A stretch of DNA of 64,000 bases. Origin: Promethearchaeota archaeon (GTDB lineage Archaea > Asgardarchaeota > Lokiarchaeia > Sigyniarchaeales > SOKP01). The notes under the pieces are model-generated. The model was not told the DNA's origin, made no database searches, and was given only the letters and a program-made list of their open reading frames with translations. The stretch lies in contig JBHLLU010000016.1 in assembly GCA_048938895.1 (NCBI GenBank), positions 16,998 to 80,997 on the forward strand, read 5' to 3'. Numbering within the stretch: position 1 is the stretch's first letter; each line of letters begins with the position of its first letter. Below, piece by piece: positions 31,013-41,814 of this stretch. The position numbers and the translations under genes were made by a program.

Positions 31013-33178
31013 TTGAATCAGAATAAAGAAAAGTCGAATGAGGAGTATGTTTTTGAGTTTTATGATGAAGACTACATTGAATCCTTAGAAGTAGAAGTAC
31101 CAAAAATAATAGAAGAATATAAACAAATTAATTTTGAAGATGATTTGAACGACGAACAACTTGAAATTATCAATAACATTAATGGCCCCATGCTTGTAAT
31201 TGCTGGTGCAGGAAGTGGTAAAACGAGAACAATAACTTATTCTGTAGCAAAACTATTATCATCAGGAGCAAGGCCTAGTGAAATTATGCTTGTCACTTTT
31301 ACCAATAAAGCCGCTAATGAAATGATAAGAAGAGTTGAAACTCTTTTAGGTAGACGCCCTAAGGGAATATGGGGTGGAACTTTTCATTCAATCGCTAACC
31401 GTTTTATAAGAATGTATGCAAAAACATTAGGATTAAAAGTGAATTACACAATAATGGATGAAACAGATGCGAAAGCATTAATAAAACTTTCAATTGAGAA
31501 AGCTAATGTGAAAGAAATCGAGGAACGCTTCCCTAATTCAAGAATGGCTAAATCGATATTATCCTACTCAATCAATTGTCATAAAACGATCCAAGAAGTC
31601 ATTCTATGGAAATATCCCCAATTTGATACTGAAGATGTGATTAAAAAATTAGAAGAAGTATTTAAAATCTATAAAGAAAAAAAGGCTCAAGAGAATTTAG
31701 TTGATTTTGATGATCTTTTGATTTATTGGAATCAATTATTGGACGAAAGATCTATAGCCCAGTTGATAGCAAGAAAAATAAAATATATACTTGTTGATGA
31801 ATATCAGGATACAAATTATATCCAAGATGAAATTATACATAAAATAGTAAATCAAAACCCAGATCAGAATGTTATAGCCGTTGGAGATGATGCTCAAAGT
31901 ATTTATGCGTTTCGTGGTGCTAACTTCCATAACATTTTAGATTTTGAAAAAAAATATAAAAATTGTAAGAGATATAGTATAACTTATAATTATAGAAGTG
32001 TACCTCAGATATTAGCTTTAGCAAACAATTCAATTCTTAATAATAAAAAACAATTTAAAAAATCAATGCGTGCTACTCGTCTTGAGGGGATATTACCTTT
32101 TCAAGTTAACGTAGGAGATGATAAAGAACAAGCTTATTTTATTGCCAATCAGATACTAAAATTACGCTCAGAAGGATATAAACTTGAAGAGATGGCTATC
32201 CTTGTTCGGGCTGGTTTTCATTCATTAAGAATAGAACTTGAATTAAAAGCAAAAAACATTCCATATGAAGTACGGGCAGGAGTAGCATTTTTTGAAAAAG
32301 CACATATCAAGGATATTATAGCTCATTTACGTATAATTGAAAATCCATATGATGAGATTTCATGGTCTCGGATTTTTTCTATTATCCAAGGTATCGGAAC
32401 TTCTTCAGGAACAAAAATATTTGAAGCTATATCCAAAACTGAATATCCGATTGATGCTTTAATAGATAAAATGTTTTATGCAGAAAAATTAAAAGGATCA
32501 AAAATATCTAAAGAGGGTATTAAAAATACAATTGCCTATGTTAAGAAACTTGTAGGCTTTTCCTCAGATGATATTCCATCTGAAGTTATTAATAAACTAA
32601 CTTTAATAATTCAAGATTATATTAAATCAAAGTATGATAATTGGCAAGATCGAATTGATGATCTTAACCAGTTGAGTATATATGCTAACAACTTTCTAAC
32701 CATTCAGAAATTCTTAGAAAATTTAAGTTTAAATTTATCAAATTTAGAATCTAAAGCTGTTGTTGCTGGAAATTCAGAAGAAGAAAAACCTTTAATTTTA
32801 TCTACAATACACCGAGCAAAAGGTCTTGAGTGGAGAGTAGTATTTATACCAATGTTGTGTGAAGATTATTTCCCCTCATCAAGAGTGAAAGGTGATTCTG
32901 AGGGACTTGAAGAAGAACGACGTGTTTTTTACGTAGCTATAACTCGAACTAAAGACCTTTTGTACCTTATATCTCCTTCAGTTATGAAAGGATTTCGAGG
33001 AGAACAGATAGTAAGAATCTCTCCCTTTATTTCTGAATTAAATCCTAAAGTATATAAAAAATCCTCAGTGTTTATTGGCCCTGTAAAAGAAAAGGGTAAA
33101 AAAAGTCCCAAAAACCTACAACAATCGCTCTTTCAAACTGCGGACGAATTATTTAAAAAAAAAAAAACAAAAAGATAA
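31013..33178 (+). CDS. uvrD: UvrD/PcrA-family SF1 DNA helicase
   Basis: AGAGSGKT, VTFTNKAA, LVDEYQD, VGDDAQSIYAFRGA, NYRS, STIHRAKGLEW, EERRVFYVAITR. Confidence 0.95.
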   Translation: MNQNKEKSNEEYVFEFYDEDYIESLEVEVPKIIEEYKQINFEDDLNDEQLEIINNINGPMLVIAGAGSGKTRTITYSVAKLLSSGARPSEIMLVTFTNKAANEMIRRVETLLGRRPKGIWGGTFHSIANRFIRMYAKTLGLKVNYTIMDETDAKALIKLSIEKANVKEIEERFPNSRMAKSILSYSINCHKTIQEVILWKYPQFDTEDVIKKLEEVFKIYKEKKAQENLVDFDDLLIYWNQLLDERSIAQLIARKIKYILVDEYQDTNYIQDEIIHKIVNQNPDQNVIAVGDDAQSIYAFRGANFHNILDFEKKYKNCKRYSITYNYRSVPQILALANNSILNNKKQFKKSMRATRLEGILPFQVNVGDDKEQAYFIANQILKLRSEGYKLEEMAILVRAGFHSLRIELELKAKNIPYEVRAGVAFFEKAHIKDIIAHLRIIENPYDEISWSRIFSIIQGIGTSSGTKIFEAISKTEYPIDALIDKMFYAEKLKGSKISKEGIKNTIAYVKKLVGFSSDDIPSEVINKLTLIIQDYIKSKYDNWQDRIDDLNQLSIYANNFLTIQKFLENLSLNLSNLESKAVVAGNSEEEKPLILSTIHRAKGLEWRVVFIPMLCEDYFPSSRVKGDSEGLEEERRVFYVAITRTKDLLYLISPSVMKGFRGEQIVRISPFISELNPKVYKKSSVFIGPVKEKGKKSPKNLQQSLFQTADELFKKKKTKR

Positions 33179-33275
33179 GATTATTAAAATTTAGGTTTAT
33201 GTACTTATTTTCTGGTTAATTTCTAACTTTAAAATTGTTAGAGTCTTCTTCTTTAAATAATAAAAGAGTTATTAT

Positions 33276-33968
33276 GTGTATATGGGAGAGAAGAAAAATT
33301 CAGGGAAGTCATTGATGGAATTTATTGAGTCTCATCAACAAGATGATACAATATCAGATGATCCTTTTATTAATAAGGATATTTCTAGATTAGTGGCTAT
33401 TCGGCTTTTTGATTTCAATTTCTTTTTTGATGTTGCTGAATTAGACAATATTACCAAAAAAGAATTAGCATATATCCTCGATGAAGCAAAATTGTTACCC
33501 GCAGCATTAGGAAACTATCATGGTGCTTATCCTGGAGGCCTATTTGACCATACTCTATTGGTAGTTAATTATTCTTACTACATTTGGAAAACTTTAAAAG
33601 ATCAATCTTGGCTTAGACAAGTTATTTTAACCGCAATATGCCATGATTTTGGTAAAATTCCATATTATGGGACTAAACTTAACCTAATAGATAGAAAAAT
33701 TAGTATCCCTCTTAATAAAACTGAGGTTATTCGTTCAGAAATTAAGGAGAGATTTAGAGTAACTGGGAAGGATAGGCATGTAGAAAACGCCATTGCCGTA
33801 ATTAAGAAATATATAAGTGCATATGACTTATTATTTGATGATGAGATGTATATTGGTTTAATTTTCCATCATGGTAGTTGGAGTAAATATATTCCACAAG
33901 AAATGAACGAATTGGCTTCTGTTATTCATGTAGCTGATATGATCGCGAGTCAAGTATTAAAAATCTAG
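33276..33968 (+). CDS. HD-domain phosphohydrolase (YhaM/TraI-like HD, no OB domain)
   Basis: YHGAYPGGLFDH, CHDFGK, FHHG, HVADMIAS. Confidence 0.8.
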   Translation: MYMGEKKNSGKSLMEFIESHQQDDTISDDPFINKDISRLVAIRLFDFNFFFDVAELDNITKKELAYILDEAKLLPAALGNYHGAYPGGLFDHTLLVVNYSYYIWKTLKDQSWLRQVILTAICHDFGKIPYYGTKLNLIDRKISIPLNKTEVIRSEIKERFRVTGKDRHVENAIAVIKKYISAYDLLFDDEMYIGLIFHHGSWSKYIPQEMNELASVIHVADMIASQVLKI

Positions 33969-34018
33969 AATAAATAATTATTTTCTCTCTTGAAATTCAA
34001 AAAAATTTACTGGTTTCA

Positions 34019-35374
34019 GTGAGTAAAGAAAATTCTGTTGTAGAAATAATAATTCAAGATCTTATCGCAAGATATAAAGAACTGATTATTGCGATTTATG
34101 GAATAGGAAGCTTTTTTGATGAAGAAATCCCAAGTTCATGGAAAAGAAAAGATATTGATATTATTGTAATTGTAGAAACATTAAAACCATTTCCTAAAGT
34201 AGATTGGACTGAAGCAAAATTCTTAAAAAGAAAAATAGAAGGAAAAGAAATTTGGATTGGTTTTAATACCTTAGAAGGATTTCAAAATAAAGAAATTTTT
34301 GAGATCCAATCTTTTTCTAATTATGAATGGAGTGTCTTAGATATTAAGTATCCTCAGAATTCTGTGTTATTATTTGGTCAAGATATTAGAAATCTATTAC
34401 CCAATAATAAGAGTTTGAAATTTGATTTTAATGATGTTTTAGCCAGAGGATTATATCATTTGGATAAAAGTTTAGGTGAAAGAGATCCAAATGATGCTAA
34501 GAATGAATTTTCTAAAGCAGTGTTTAAGATAAGCTTTTATCTTTGCAAATTTTTTAATCCTAATTTTAAAAATACAGGTATTCTACGTATCGGAGAAAAA
34601 TTGAAAGAAACATGTAGAGAAGTAAAGGAAATTAAAGAAATCGAACAATTTTTTGAAGAAACAATAGTTTTTAGGACTACTGGATATTATATCACTAAAT
34701 TTGAGAAACTTCGAGATAATTTTATCAAATTTGTTTTCTTCCTGTTAAAAAATGGAATTTTACATAAAATGATGCAATTTTCTGAGTTAAAAAACTATTT
34801 GGCTAGTTCTTTTAGCGGATTTCATCATCTAATTCAATTGATGAATAAATTCAAAACATCTAATGAATCAGATATAAGATTTACAAAACAAGATCAAGGT
34901 TTACATAGTATTAATATTATTGGAACTGTCACGAAAGTTGGAAGAATGCATAGTTTTACAAAAACAGATGGTTCAAAAATAAGTTATGCATCATTTATTG
35001 TAAGCGACGTGATTGGAGTTCTTCGTGTTGTAATATGGAATGATCAAGTGCGAATCAGACTATTTAATAACAAAAATTTTCAAAGGAATTCTAAAGTAGA
35101 AATTATAAATGGATATTTGAGAAAGGGATATGATGATAAAATAGAGATTCATATTGGGGATTCTAGTAATGTAATTGTACAAGAGATGCCCTTTAGTCCC
35201 GCTGGTAGTATAAAACTAGAAATAACTAAGCTTGATATTATGACACGCCTAAAGTATTTAAATATTAATGAAACAACAATTTCTAAAACTCCATGCCATC
35301 ATTGTGGTGGATTGTGTTCCCCTTCTGCAAAAATATGCCCAAAGTGTGGAGAACCATTAACTTTCAGATTTTAA
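34019..35374 (+). CDS. Nucleotidyltransferase + helical domain + RPA-type OB fold + Zn ribbon fusion
   Basis: YGIGSFF..DIDIIV; INIIGTV..SFTKTDGS..VSDVIGVLRVVIWN..IEIHIG; CHHC..CPKC. Confidence 0.75.
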   Translation: MSKENSVVEIIIQDLIARYKELIIAIYGIGSFFDEEIPSSWKRKDIDIIVIVETLKPFPKVDWTEAKFLKRKIEGKEIWIGFNTLEGFQNKEIFEIQSFSNYEWSVLDIKYPQNSVLLFGQDIRNLLPNNKSLKFDFNDVLARGLYHLDKSLGERDPNDAKNEFSKAVFKISFYLCKFFNPNFKNTGILRIGEKLKETCREVKEIKEIEQFFEETIVFRTTGYYITKFEKLRDNFIKFVFFLLKNGILHKMMQFSELKNYLASSFSGFHHLIQLMNKFKTSNESDIRFTKQDQGLHSINIIGTVTKVGRMHSFTKTDGSKISYASFIVSDVIGVLRVVIWNDQVRIRLFNNKNFQRNSKVEIINGYLRKGYDDKIEIHIGDSSNVIVQEMPFSPAGSIKLEITKLDIMTRLKYLNINETTISKTPCHHCGGLCSPSAKICPKCGEPLTFRF

Positions 35375-35435
35375 AGATTATTGAGACTTACAAAAGAGAT
35401 AAGAATTTCTAATTTGGGATTCCATTTTTCTCTCT

Positions 35436-37523
35436 TTATGAGTTTAATTTTAATACTCTCGTTAAATGGTTTTCTTTTTTAAAATGAAAGATATCGGTTA
35501 CAAAAGAATCAAGGTTCCGTTCATGGGATATTATTATCATTTGAGATGTATTTAAATTTTCAAAAATAGATTGCATTCGATTTATTTGTTGTTGGCTAAA
35601 ACCATCCGTTGGTTCATCTAAGATCAAAAGATCTTTTGTTTTTACTTCCTGATATCTCTCATTGATTATTTTATTTAAAGCTAATCGATATGCTAGAGAA
35701 AGAGCACTTTTTTCCCCTCCAGATAAATCTTTAAATGGTGATTCATATCCGTTTACATGTATTATGGGTTGAAAGTCATCGGTCTTGATCTCAACTTCAA
35801 TATTTCTATCTTCAACTAATTCATGAAACCATTCCTTAAAATAAGAATTAAAATGATAAGCACTTGAGGATAGGATATTCTTCTCAATATCTCGAATTAG
35901 TATAGGAAATTCTTCAGCTATCCAATTTCTTAACTGTGAATAATAAGATAGATTATTCTCTAAGGTTTTTTTCACTACTATATTGGTATTTAATGAAACT
36001 AAATCTTTTTGTAAGTATTCCAACGCCTTTTTTTGTGCACTTGATTCATTTCCTAACATTTCTCTTTTTGAATTTAACTCTTTTAGAGATTTTTTTCTCT
36101 TATCGAGTTTAGATTTTAACTCATCTCCAAAAATTTTAAATTTTTGTAAAGAAGTATTATTAAATTCTGAGAGAATTCCAATTATCTCCTGTTGATTATT
36201 ATTTATTTCAATAAAAAATTCATTTATTCGATTTTCTAAGTCTGCTTTCCTTTTCCGTGTTTCTGAAATTAATGTATTTAGTGATTCTTTTTTATCTTTA
36301 ATTCTATGATATTCACGTAAATTCTTTAACAACTGTTTTTTTTCTTCAATGTTAAGAGTTTGGGTTCTAATTTCTTTTGTAAGCAGTTCAAACTTTGATC
36401 TAGCATCCTGTAATTCCTCCTCAAATCTTTCTTTCTCATGAATTGCTTGTCCACATAAAGCACACTTTCCATCTTCTAATAATTTATCAATATCTGCTAA
36501 AATCTTTTCGATAACGGCTTTTTCTTTTTCTTTTTGAGATTTTAGATTTTGTATTATCTCCATTTGAGATTCTAATTCATCTTCGTTAGATTTTGTGTTT
36601 GGTTTGACTTCCTTTAAGTTTTTTAATTCTTCTTCCCTTTCAAAAATCTCATTTTTAATTTCATTTAGAGAAGACTTACTTTTCAGTTGTTTCCCCTTAT
36701 TTTTTTTAATAGTTTTTTCTTTATTTTCGATTTGATTTAAGTTTTTAATATAGTTATCCAATTCTTTTTGAATTCCTTCGATAGAGTTTTCATGAGAGGC
36801 TATTAATTCTCCTTTTTCTTTAATTTCAGTTTCTTTTTTGTTAATATTCTTTTTTGTTTCTTCTATTTCTTTTTCTTTTAGAAGTATTTCTTCTTCAGGT
36901 TCGCCAATTTGTTTAATTTTAATCTGGATTTCTTTTACTATATCATTTAAAAACTCCTTGATGGTTTCTGCGTTTCTTAAAGCGATTTCATATTTTTCAA
37001 TGCCGAAAACTTCCTTTAATATCTCAAAACGATCATCTGGATCTGCTTGAATAATATCCTTTATCTGTTCTTGAGGTGTATAGACAGTATACCTGAACAA
37101 GGGTAATTTTGTTGCTTTTTCATAACGCGATACAGAATATGAAAGTAATTCCAGAATTTTCCGTCTCATATCAGTAGGAGCATAAGTTGTTGTTGTTCCT
37201 TTATTGTGATCTACAAATTTACATTCCTTTTGAGAAACTCTGCCCTTTTTATCTTTAAATAAGCTACGTTTAATTGAAAATTTCTTACCTTCAATTGAAA
37301 AAGTTAAATTTACAGAAGCTTTAGTTTTACCCCTTCTTAACAAAGAATCCCCACTTAAGTCTCCATGAATTAAGGTGCCAAATAATGCGAACTCTATTGA
37401 TTTTAAAACTGAAGATTTACCACTTCCTACATCTCCAAAAAATAGTAGAGTTGATGAGGGAAATTCAATAGCCTCGCTTTGAATACTCCGTATATTTTTT
37501 ATTTCAATAGATTCTAATATCAT
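35436..37523 (-). CDS. rad50: Rad50 DNA double-strand break repair ATPase
   Basis: Walker A GDVGSGKSS, Q-loop, coiled coil with CALC Zn hook, LSGGE, LILDEPT, ISH. Confidence 0.93.
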   Translation of the reverse strand: MILESIEIKNIRSIQSEAIEFPSSTLLFFGDVGSGKSSVLKSIEFALFGTLIHGDLSGDSLLRRGKTKASVNLTFSIEGKKFSIKRSLFKDKKGRVSQKECKFVDHNKGTTTTYAPTDMRRKILELLSYSVSRYEKATKLPLFRYTVYTPQEQIKDIIQADPDDRFEILKEVFGIEKYEIALRNAETIKEFLNDIVKEIQIKIKQIGEPEEEILLKEKEIEETKKNINKKETEIKEKGELIASHENSIEGIQKELDNYIKNLNQIENKEKTIKKNKGKQLKSKSSLNEIKNEIFEREEELKNLKEVKPNTKSNEDELESQMEIIQNLKSQKEKEKAVIEKILADIDKLLEDGKCALCGQAIHEKERFEEELQDARSKFELLTKEIRTQTLNIEEKKQLLKNLREYHRIKDKKESLNTLISETRKRKADLENRINEFFIEINNNQQEIIGILSEFNNTSLQKFKIFGDELKSKLDKRKKSLKELNSKREMLGNESSAQKKALEYLQKDLVSLNTNIVVKKTLENNLSYYSQLRNWIAEEFPILIRDIEKNILSSSAYHFNSYFKEWFHELVEDRNIEVEIKTDDFQPIIHVNGYESPFKDLSGGEKSALSLAYRLALNKIINERYQEVKTKDLLILDEPTDGFSQQQINRMQSIFENLNTSQMIIISHERNLDSFVTDIFHFKKENHLTRVLKLNS

Positions 37524-38818
37524 ATCTCAGACTCCTTAATTTTTTGAATTTCAAATATCCTTAGGAAAGACTGCTTTAAGGTTTCATTGTAATTCATGAC
37601 TTTTGATCCAACCTGCCTTTCTTCTCCTAGGGTTGTCAAAAGTTGATGTATTTTTTTTTCTAATTCATTCGGTGTAAATTTTTTTATTTTTACTTTATTG
37701 GCATGCTCCTTTATAATTGTGAACTCAATTTCTTCATTAGATTTACCTGTCGAAACACTAATCGCTTGATATTCCATTGTTGTTAAAGCATGTTTATTGA
37801 TTAAGACTTCATAAGCATCTTTAGACCTAAAATTCTGAATAATTTCATGATTTTTTATATCATAAGTTTTTCCTGATGTTAAAGCCCCATATAAACGGAT
37901 TGTAACTATTTTGTCTTTAACATCTCTATTTGATAGTTCGTGCTTTAATTTATTTAGCACTTCAGGAACTGTAATATTTGTACAATCAACAATTATGTTT
38001 TCTATATCAATGATTTTGATTGGTTTGAATTTCACATTCAAGTCTAATTTATCCCCTACAATATCACCTGAAACAAGACAAAATCCTCCATATTTAATTT
38101 TTTCAATTTCTCTGAAATTCGTAGGAAAAACAAAACCTGGATATATTACATTATTTTTGTCATTGATTTGTAGTACCACTCTATCTGCCCTCAATTTATC
38201 TGGAACTAATTTATGGAGATGACCTCCGGCATAATAATCAAAATTTTGAGGTAATAAAGATTTTGGAGCAGATTCCATGTCTTTAAATTCTTTAGGTTTT
38301 AATTCACTTAACATTGTATGGAGAATGAAGATTTTCGGTCCTTTTTCAACTTCTAAGCTTTCTCGATCCAGTTCTTGATATTCTTCAATCTCTAAACTCC
38401 GTTTTCTTGCTCTTAAACCTGCTATTTTAATGTGGGTTTTTGGATCTAAGATAAAATTTAATTTTATTTTATTATCATCTGTAAGCTCTGGAAGCCAAGC
38501 ATCTATAAATAAGCCTGCTGTAATTAATGGTCTAATCATAGACTTGTTTGAAGGAGAAAAGTCATGAGAACCCATTATCCCATATAACGGAATTTCAAGA
38601 TCCTTTAATCTCTTTAATAATTTTGTTGCTAAGTCGATTACCTCGACTTTTGGATTGCTTACATCATAAAGATCACCACTAAGGATAACAAAATCCACTT
38701 CCTCCTCAATAATGTTGTTAACTACTTCTTCAAAGGCTTTATATCCTAATTCATTTATTCGTTCATTTCGCCATGCTCCCAAATGAACATCGGAAATGTG
38801 TGCGAATTTGATTTTCAT
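37520..38818 (-). CDS. mre11: Mre11 nuclease
   Basis: HISDVHLG, SGDLYD, GSHD, GGHLH; overlaps the rad50 start by 4 nt. Confidence 0.92.
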   Translation of the reverse strand: MKIKFAHISDVHLGAWRNERINELGYKAFEEVVNNIIEEEVDFVILSGDLYDVSNPKVEVIDLATKLLKRLKDLEIPLYGIMGSHDFSPSNKSMIRPLITAGLFIDAWLPELTDDNKIKLNFILDPKTHIKIAGLRARKRSLEIEEYQELDRESLEVEKGPKIFILHTMLSELKPKEFKDMESAPKSLLPQNFDYYAGGHLHKLVPDKLRADRVVLQINDKNNVIYPGFVFPTNFREIEKIKYGGFCLVSGDIVGDKLDLNVKFKPIKIIDIENIIVDCTNITVPEVLNKLKHELSNRDVKDKIVTIRLYGALTSGKTYDIKNHEIIQNFRSKDAYEVLINKHALTTMEYQAISVSTGKSNEEIEFTIIKEHANKVKIKKFTPNELEKKIHQLLTTLGEERQVGSKVMNYNETLKQSFLRIFEIQKIKESEI

Positions 38819-38839
38819 ATCTTACACTTATTATATATT

Positions 38840-40423
38840 TTAATTTATTCCGGGAAATGCTTTTCGAATCTTTTTATCTGATTGTTGATTATCTGTTTTA
38901 CCTTTTAGTAAATCATCAAATAAAGGAATCTTAATTGGAATTGCAAATTTAGTAAAATTTGAGGTAACAATGGCTTCACCAATATCTAAGCTAGCAATTG
39001 CCTGGCTATCATCAGAGAGATCTTGAGCTGAGCTTTCTATTAAGGTTCGTCTTTCAGGACCCATTTCATTACCCAATATTATTTTAGTGTTCATATTAGC
39101 TAATATTTCGCGGGGAATTAAGCTTGGTAACTGAGTTAATGCGATTAATCCGATTTTGAATTTTCTTCCTTCCCGTGCTATTTTTCCAAAAACATTTTCT
39201 CCCGCTTCTAACACTTTTTGACCAATAACTCTTGGAGCTTCTTCCAGGACAATTGTTACTACTGGTTTGTCTAGTAATTTGTCTTCATATTTTAAATTCT
39301 TATATTTTTTAAATAATCCATCAACAATAATCGTTGCTATAAATATTTCTTCAGAGCTACTAAATAATGAAGTGTCAATGATAACTGTTTTTCCTTCCAT
39401 CAAAAAGTTTATAATAGAATCAATTGTAGTTTCATGTGTATTAAGAGTGTATATACCCCTTTCTCTGATTACTTTCCCTGCTTCATCTGTCTCAATATCC
39501 AATAGAAGGGATAGTCTTCTTCTTATTACCGATATTGTTACGTCTTGAATACCATTAGGAACTTCTAATGTTTCGTCGAACACTTTTTCGATCCAAAGTT
39601 TTTGATATTTTTTGTAGTAGGTATATAGAGCATCTTTTTGAGGTGGACTAAAACTCAGAGTTCCTACTACATGTGAAGGATATAAACTTTTAATGTTAAA
39701 TTTAAGATCTAATTTCCCGGGGATATTTCTAATTGTAAAATACTTCAAATAATCTGAGTTTTTTGGATGATCTTTAAGTCCTTTTTGACTAAGAGTTCCA
39801 TAATATTCATTATGAGGATCAAATATGAGTTTCCCACATTCATCATTTTCCATTAAGTTATATAAGATTGTTTTTACTAAATTTGATTTTCCTCTTCCTG
39901 TAGTAGCTGGAATTAAAACATGGTGACTTAATACTTTATCTGCCTCAAGTGACACTTCTGTTTTGAGTACTTTAGAACCAGAACGAATCTTTCCCAAGGG
40001 AATGGGATTTTCGATTTTCTCCTCTTTGAAAAATTCAAGATGGTTATCATCAATATCAAAAACATCTAATAAAAAGTCAGGTAATCGTTTAGGAAGGAAT
40101 AGTTTATTTTCTTTAACATATATTAAAGGTCTTGCTAGAGCTAATACATAATTTCTTAATTCAGGTTCATAAACTTTCAAATCTGTTCTGTCTCTTTCTA
40201 ACCCATAACCTGCCATCAATTCAAGAACGTTATCTGGAATCTGACTACCATAAAAAAGATCCTTAATTTGATAAATACTGTATTCTTTTCGGTTTTTCCC
40301 TGCGATAAAGAGTTGTCCTAACTCGAAATCTTGGTCTGATTTCTGTCTTAATATTAATTTAACCAAAGAAGTACCAGTAACAAAACTTCCAATTTTTTTT
40401 CCTAGATCAACCATTTTTCTCAA
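38840..40423 (-). CDS. herA: HerA bipolar helicase/translocase
   Basis: HHVLIPATTGRGKS, DPHNEY, VLEEAP, IAREGRKF, TQLP; operon context. Confidence 0.92.
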   Translation of the reverse strand: MRKMVDLGKKIGSFVTGTSLVKLILRQKSDQDFELGQLFIAGKNRKEYSIYQIKDLFYGSQIPDNVLELMAGYGLERDRTDLKVYEPELRNYVLALARPLIYVKENKLFLPKRLPDFLLDVFDIDDNHLEFFKEEKIENPIPLGKIRSGSKVLKTEVSLEADKVLSHHVLIPATTGRGKSNLVKTILYNLMENDECGKLIFDPHNEYYGTLSQKGLKDHPKNSDYLKYFTIRNIPGKLDLKFNIKSLYPSHVVGTLSFSPPQKDALYTYYKKYQKLWIEKVFDETLEVPNGIQDVTISVIRRRLSLLLDIETDEAGKVIRERGIYTLNTHETTIDSIINFLMEGKTVIIDTSLFSSSEEIFIATIIVDGLFKKYKNLKYEDKLLDKPVVTIVLEEAPRVIGQKVLEAGENVFGKIAREGRKFKIGLIALTQLPSLIPREILANMNTKIILGNEMGPERRTLIESSAQDLSDDSQAIASLDIGEAIVTSNFTKFAIPIKIPLFDDLLKGKTDNQQSDKKIRKAFPGIN

Positions 40424-40436
40424 TATAGTCTTTAAT

Positions 40437-41573
40437 TTACCTTCTAATCACATTTAATAAATCATGTGCATTAATAGATCGAAGACGGGGTAAAATAAAT
40501 TTATGATAATCCTCTTGATTAAATTCTGCTATCAATTGGATCTTTTGAGGTTCAAGTTCCTTAATACTAATCGCAGCGAGTTGATCTGTTTTAATTAGTC
40601 CGTAAGGATATCCTGGATAAGAAAGATCATTAGAATTATTTGCCAAATTGGATATTATAGTCTCACATTCGTTTTCAGACATCTGATTTGCTTGCTTTAA
40701 TAAGATATCAAATCTAAAAGAATAAAATGAGTTTTTATGTAATTTTACGAAATATAAATCAGCTTGCTCCTGAGCTTTTGTGATTCGATAGATAGGATGA
40801 TAATACCAAGGACTATCTGGAAATTTTTTATTACATATGTAATGAATGAGCGAATTTAATGAATTGCCCGTTTGCGTTATTAATCTGCATGTTTTAGAGA
40901 GTCCCGTTGCTATTACATCCTTTTTAATTGCAGTTTTATATAAGTTATCAGCTAGTTCTGTCTCACCAGTATAACCGGATTGAAGAGAACCATCTCTAAC
41001 AAAAATACTTCCTTCATCCAGCTCTTTCAAGATGAATTTAGTAGCATATGTCCATTCGGCAAATCTCATGGCAATTCCCCCAAAAACTTCCATGTTTGGT
41101 AAGCGAGATCCTTTTTCTCTAATAGTTGGATCATTAATTGGGAACTTTATTTCATCTTTAGGTAGATATTCTGAGAACCTAGATTCTGTTGGGAAAAAGT
41201 GAGTAATATAACCTAATGAATCATCCTTGAGAGTATCTAAGACCGTAGCACTATAAAATTCAATTTTTGTTGGTGTTTCAATAGGTTCAGTTAAAGAATT
41301 CTTCGAAAATATAACACCTGCTACACGATTCAAACTGATATTAAAATCAGGACTTCTTAAAATTGGTCCATTTCCACCATCTACAAATCCAATGGTCCTA
41401 ACATCAATATCTTTACATTTAGGGATTTCGAATATTTTTTCTTCTTGAATTTCATAAGTTTCATCTTCAGGATCTATAGAAAAAGGCTTGTCATCTTTTA
41501 AAAATCCCAATTTACGTTTTTCTATAAAATCAACACACTCTTTCAAAGGGCTTTGTCTTTTATCAGCGCACAT
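40437..41573 (-). CDS. nurA: NurA 5'-3' nuclease
   Basis: FVDGG, RDGSL, GLSKT, GYPYGL; first gene of the nurA-herA-mre11-rad50 operon. Confidence 0.88.
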   Translation of the reverse strand: MCADKRQSPLKECVDFIEKRKLGFLKDDKPFSIDPEDETYEIQEEKIFEIPKCKDIDVRTIGFVDGGNGPILRSPDFNISLNRVAGVIFSKNSLTEPIETPTKIEFYSATVLDTLKDDSLGYITHFFPTESRFSEYLPKDEIKFPINDPTIREKGSRLPNMEVFGGIAMRFAEWTYATKFILKELDEGSIFVRDGSLQSGYTGETELADNLYKTAIKKDVIATGLSKTCRLITQTGNSLNSLIHYICNKKFPDSPWYYHPIYRITKAQEQADLYFVKLHKNSFYSFRFDILLKQANQMSENECETIISNLANNSNDLSYPGYPYGLIKTDQLAAISIKELEPQKIQLIAEFNQEDYHKFILPRLRSINAHDLLNVIRR

Positions 41574-41814
41574 GTTTATTATATTGTTATGAGTTTGACA
41601 ATAAATATTATTATTATTAAAAATTCATTAAGACTCAACAGATTTAACAGTTTTCAGACAAATATTTAATTTGTTATTAATAGCATATTGAAATTCTCTA
41701 TTTTTAAATGAAAAACAAAACTTGGTTTTCTCATTTGATCTGAGTTATTATAATCTTAGACCGATGTTTAAATAATAAACAAGAAAAAATAAAAAAAATG
41801 AGTAATGATGAAGT

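Noticed and set aside
33155-33167. 13-nt poly-A run at the end of uvrD as a phase-variation site
   Set aside because: It lies in the last codons, so slippage would change only a few tail residues; A-runs are common in this AT-rich DNA.
38840-41573. HerA/NurA as an antiphage system
   Set aside because: Directly linked to mre11-rad50, which is the housekeeping resection operon.
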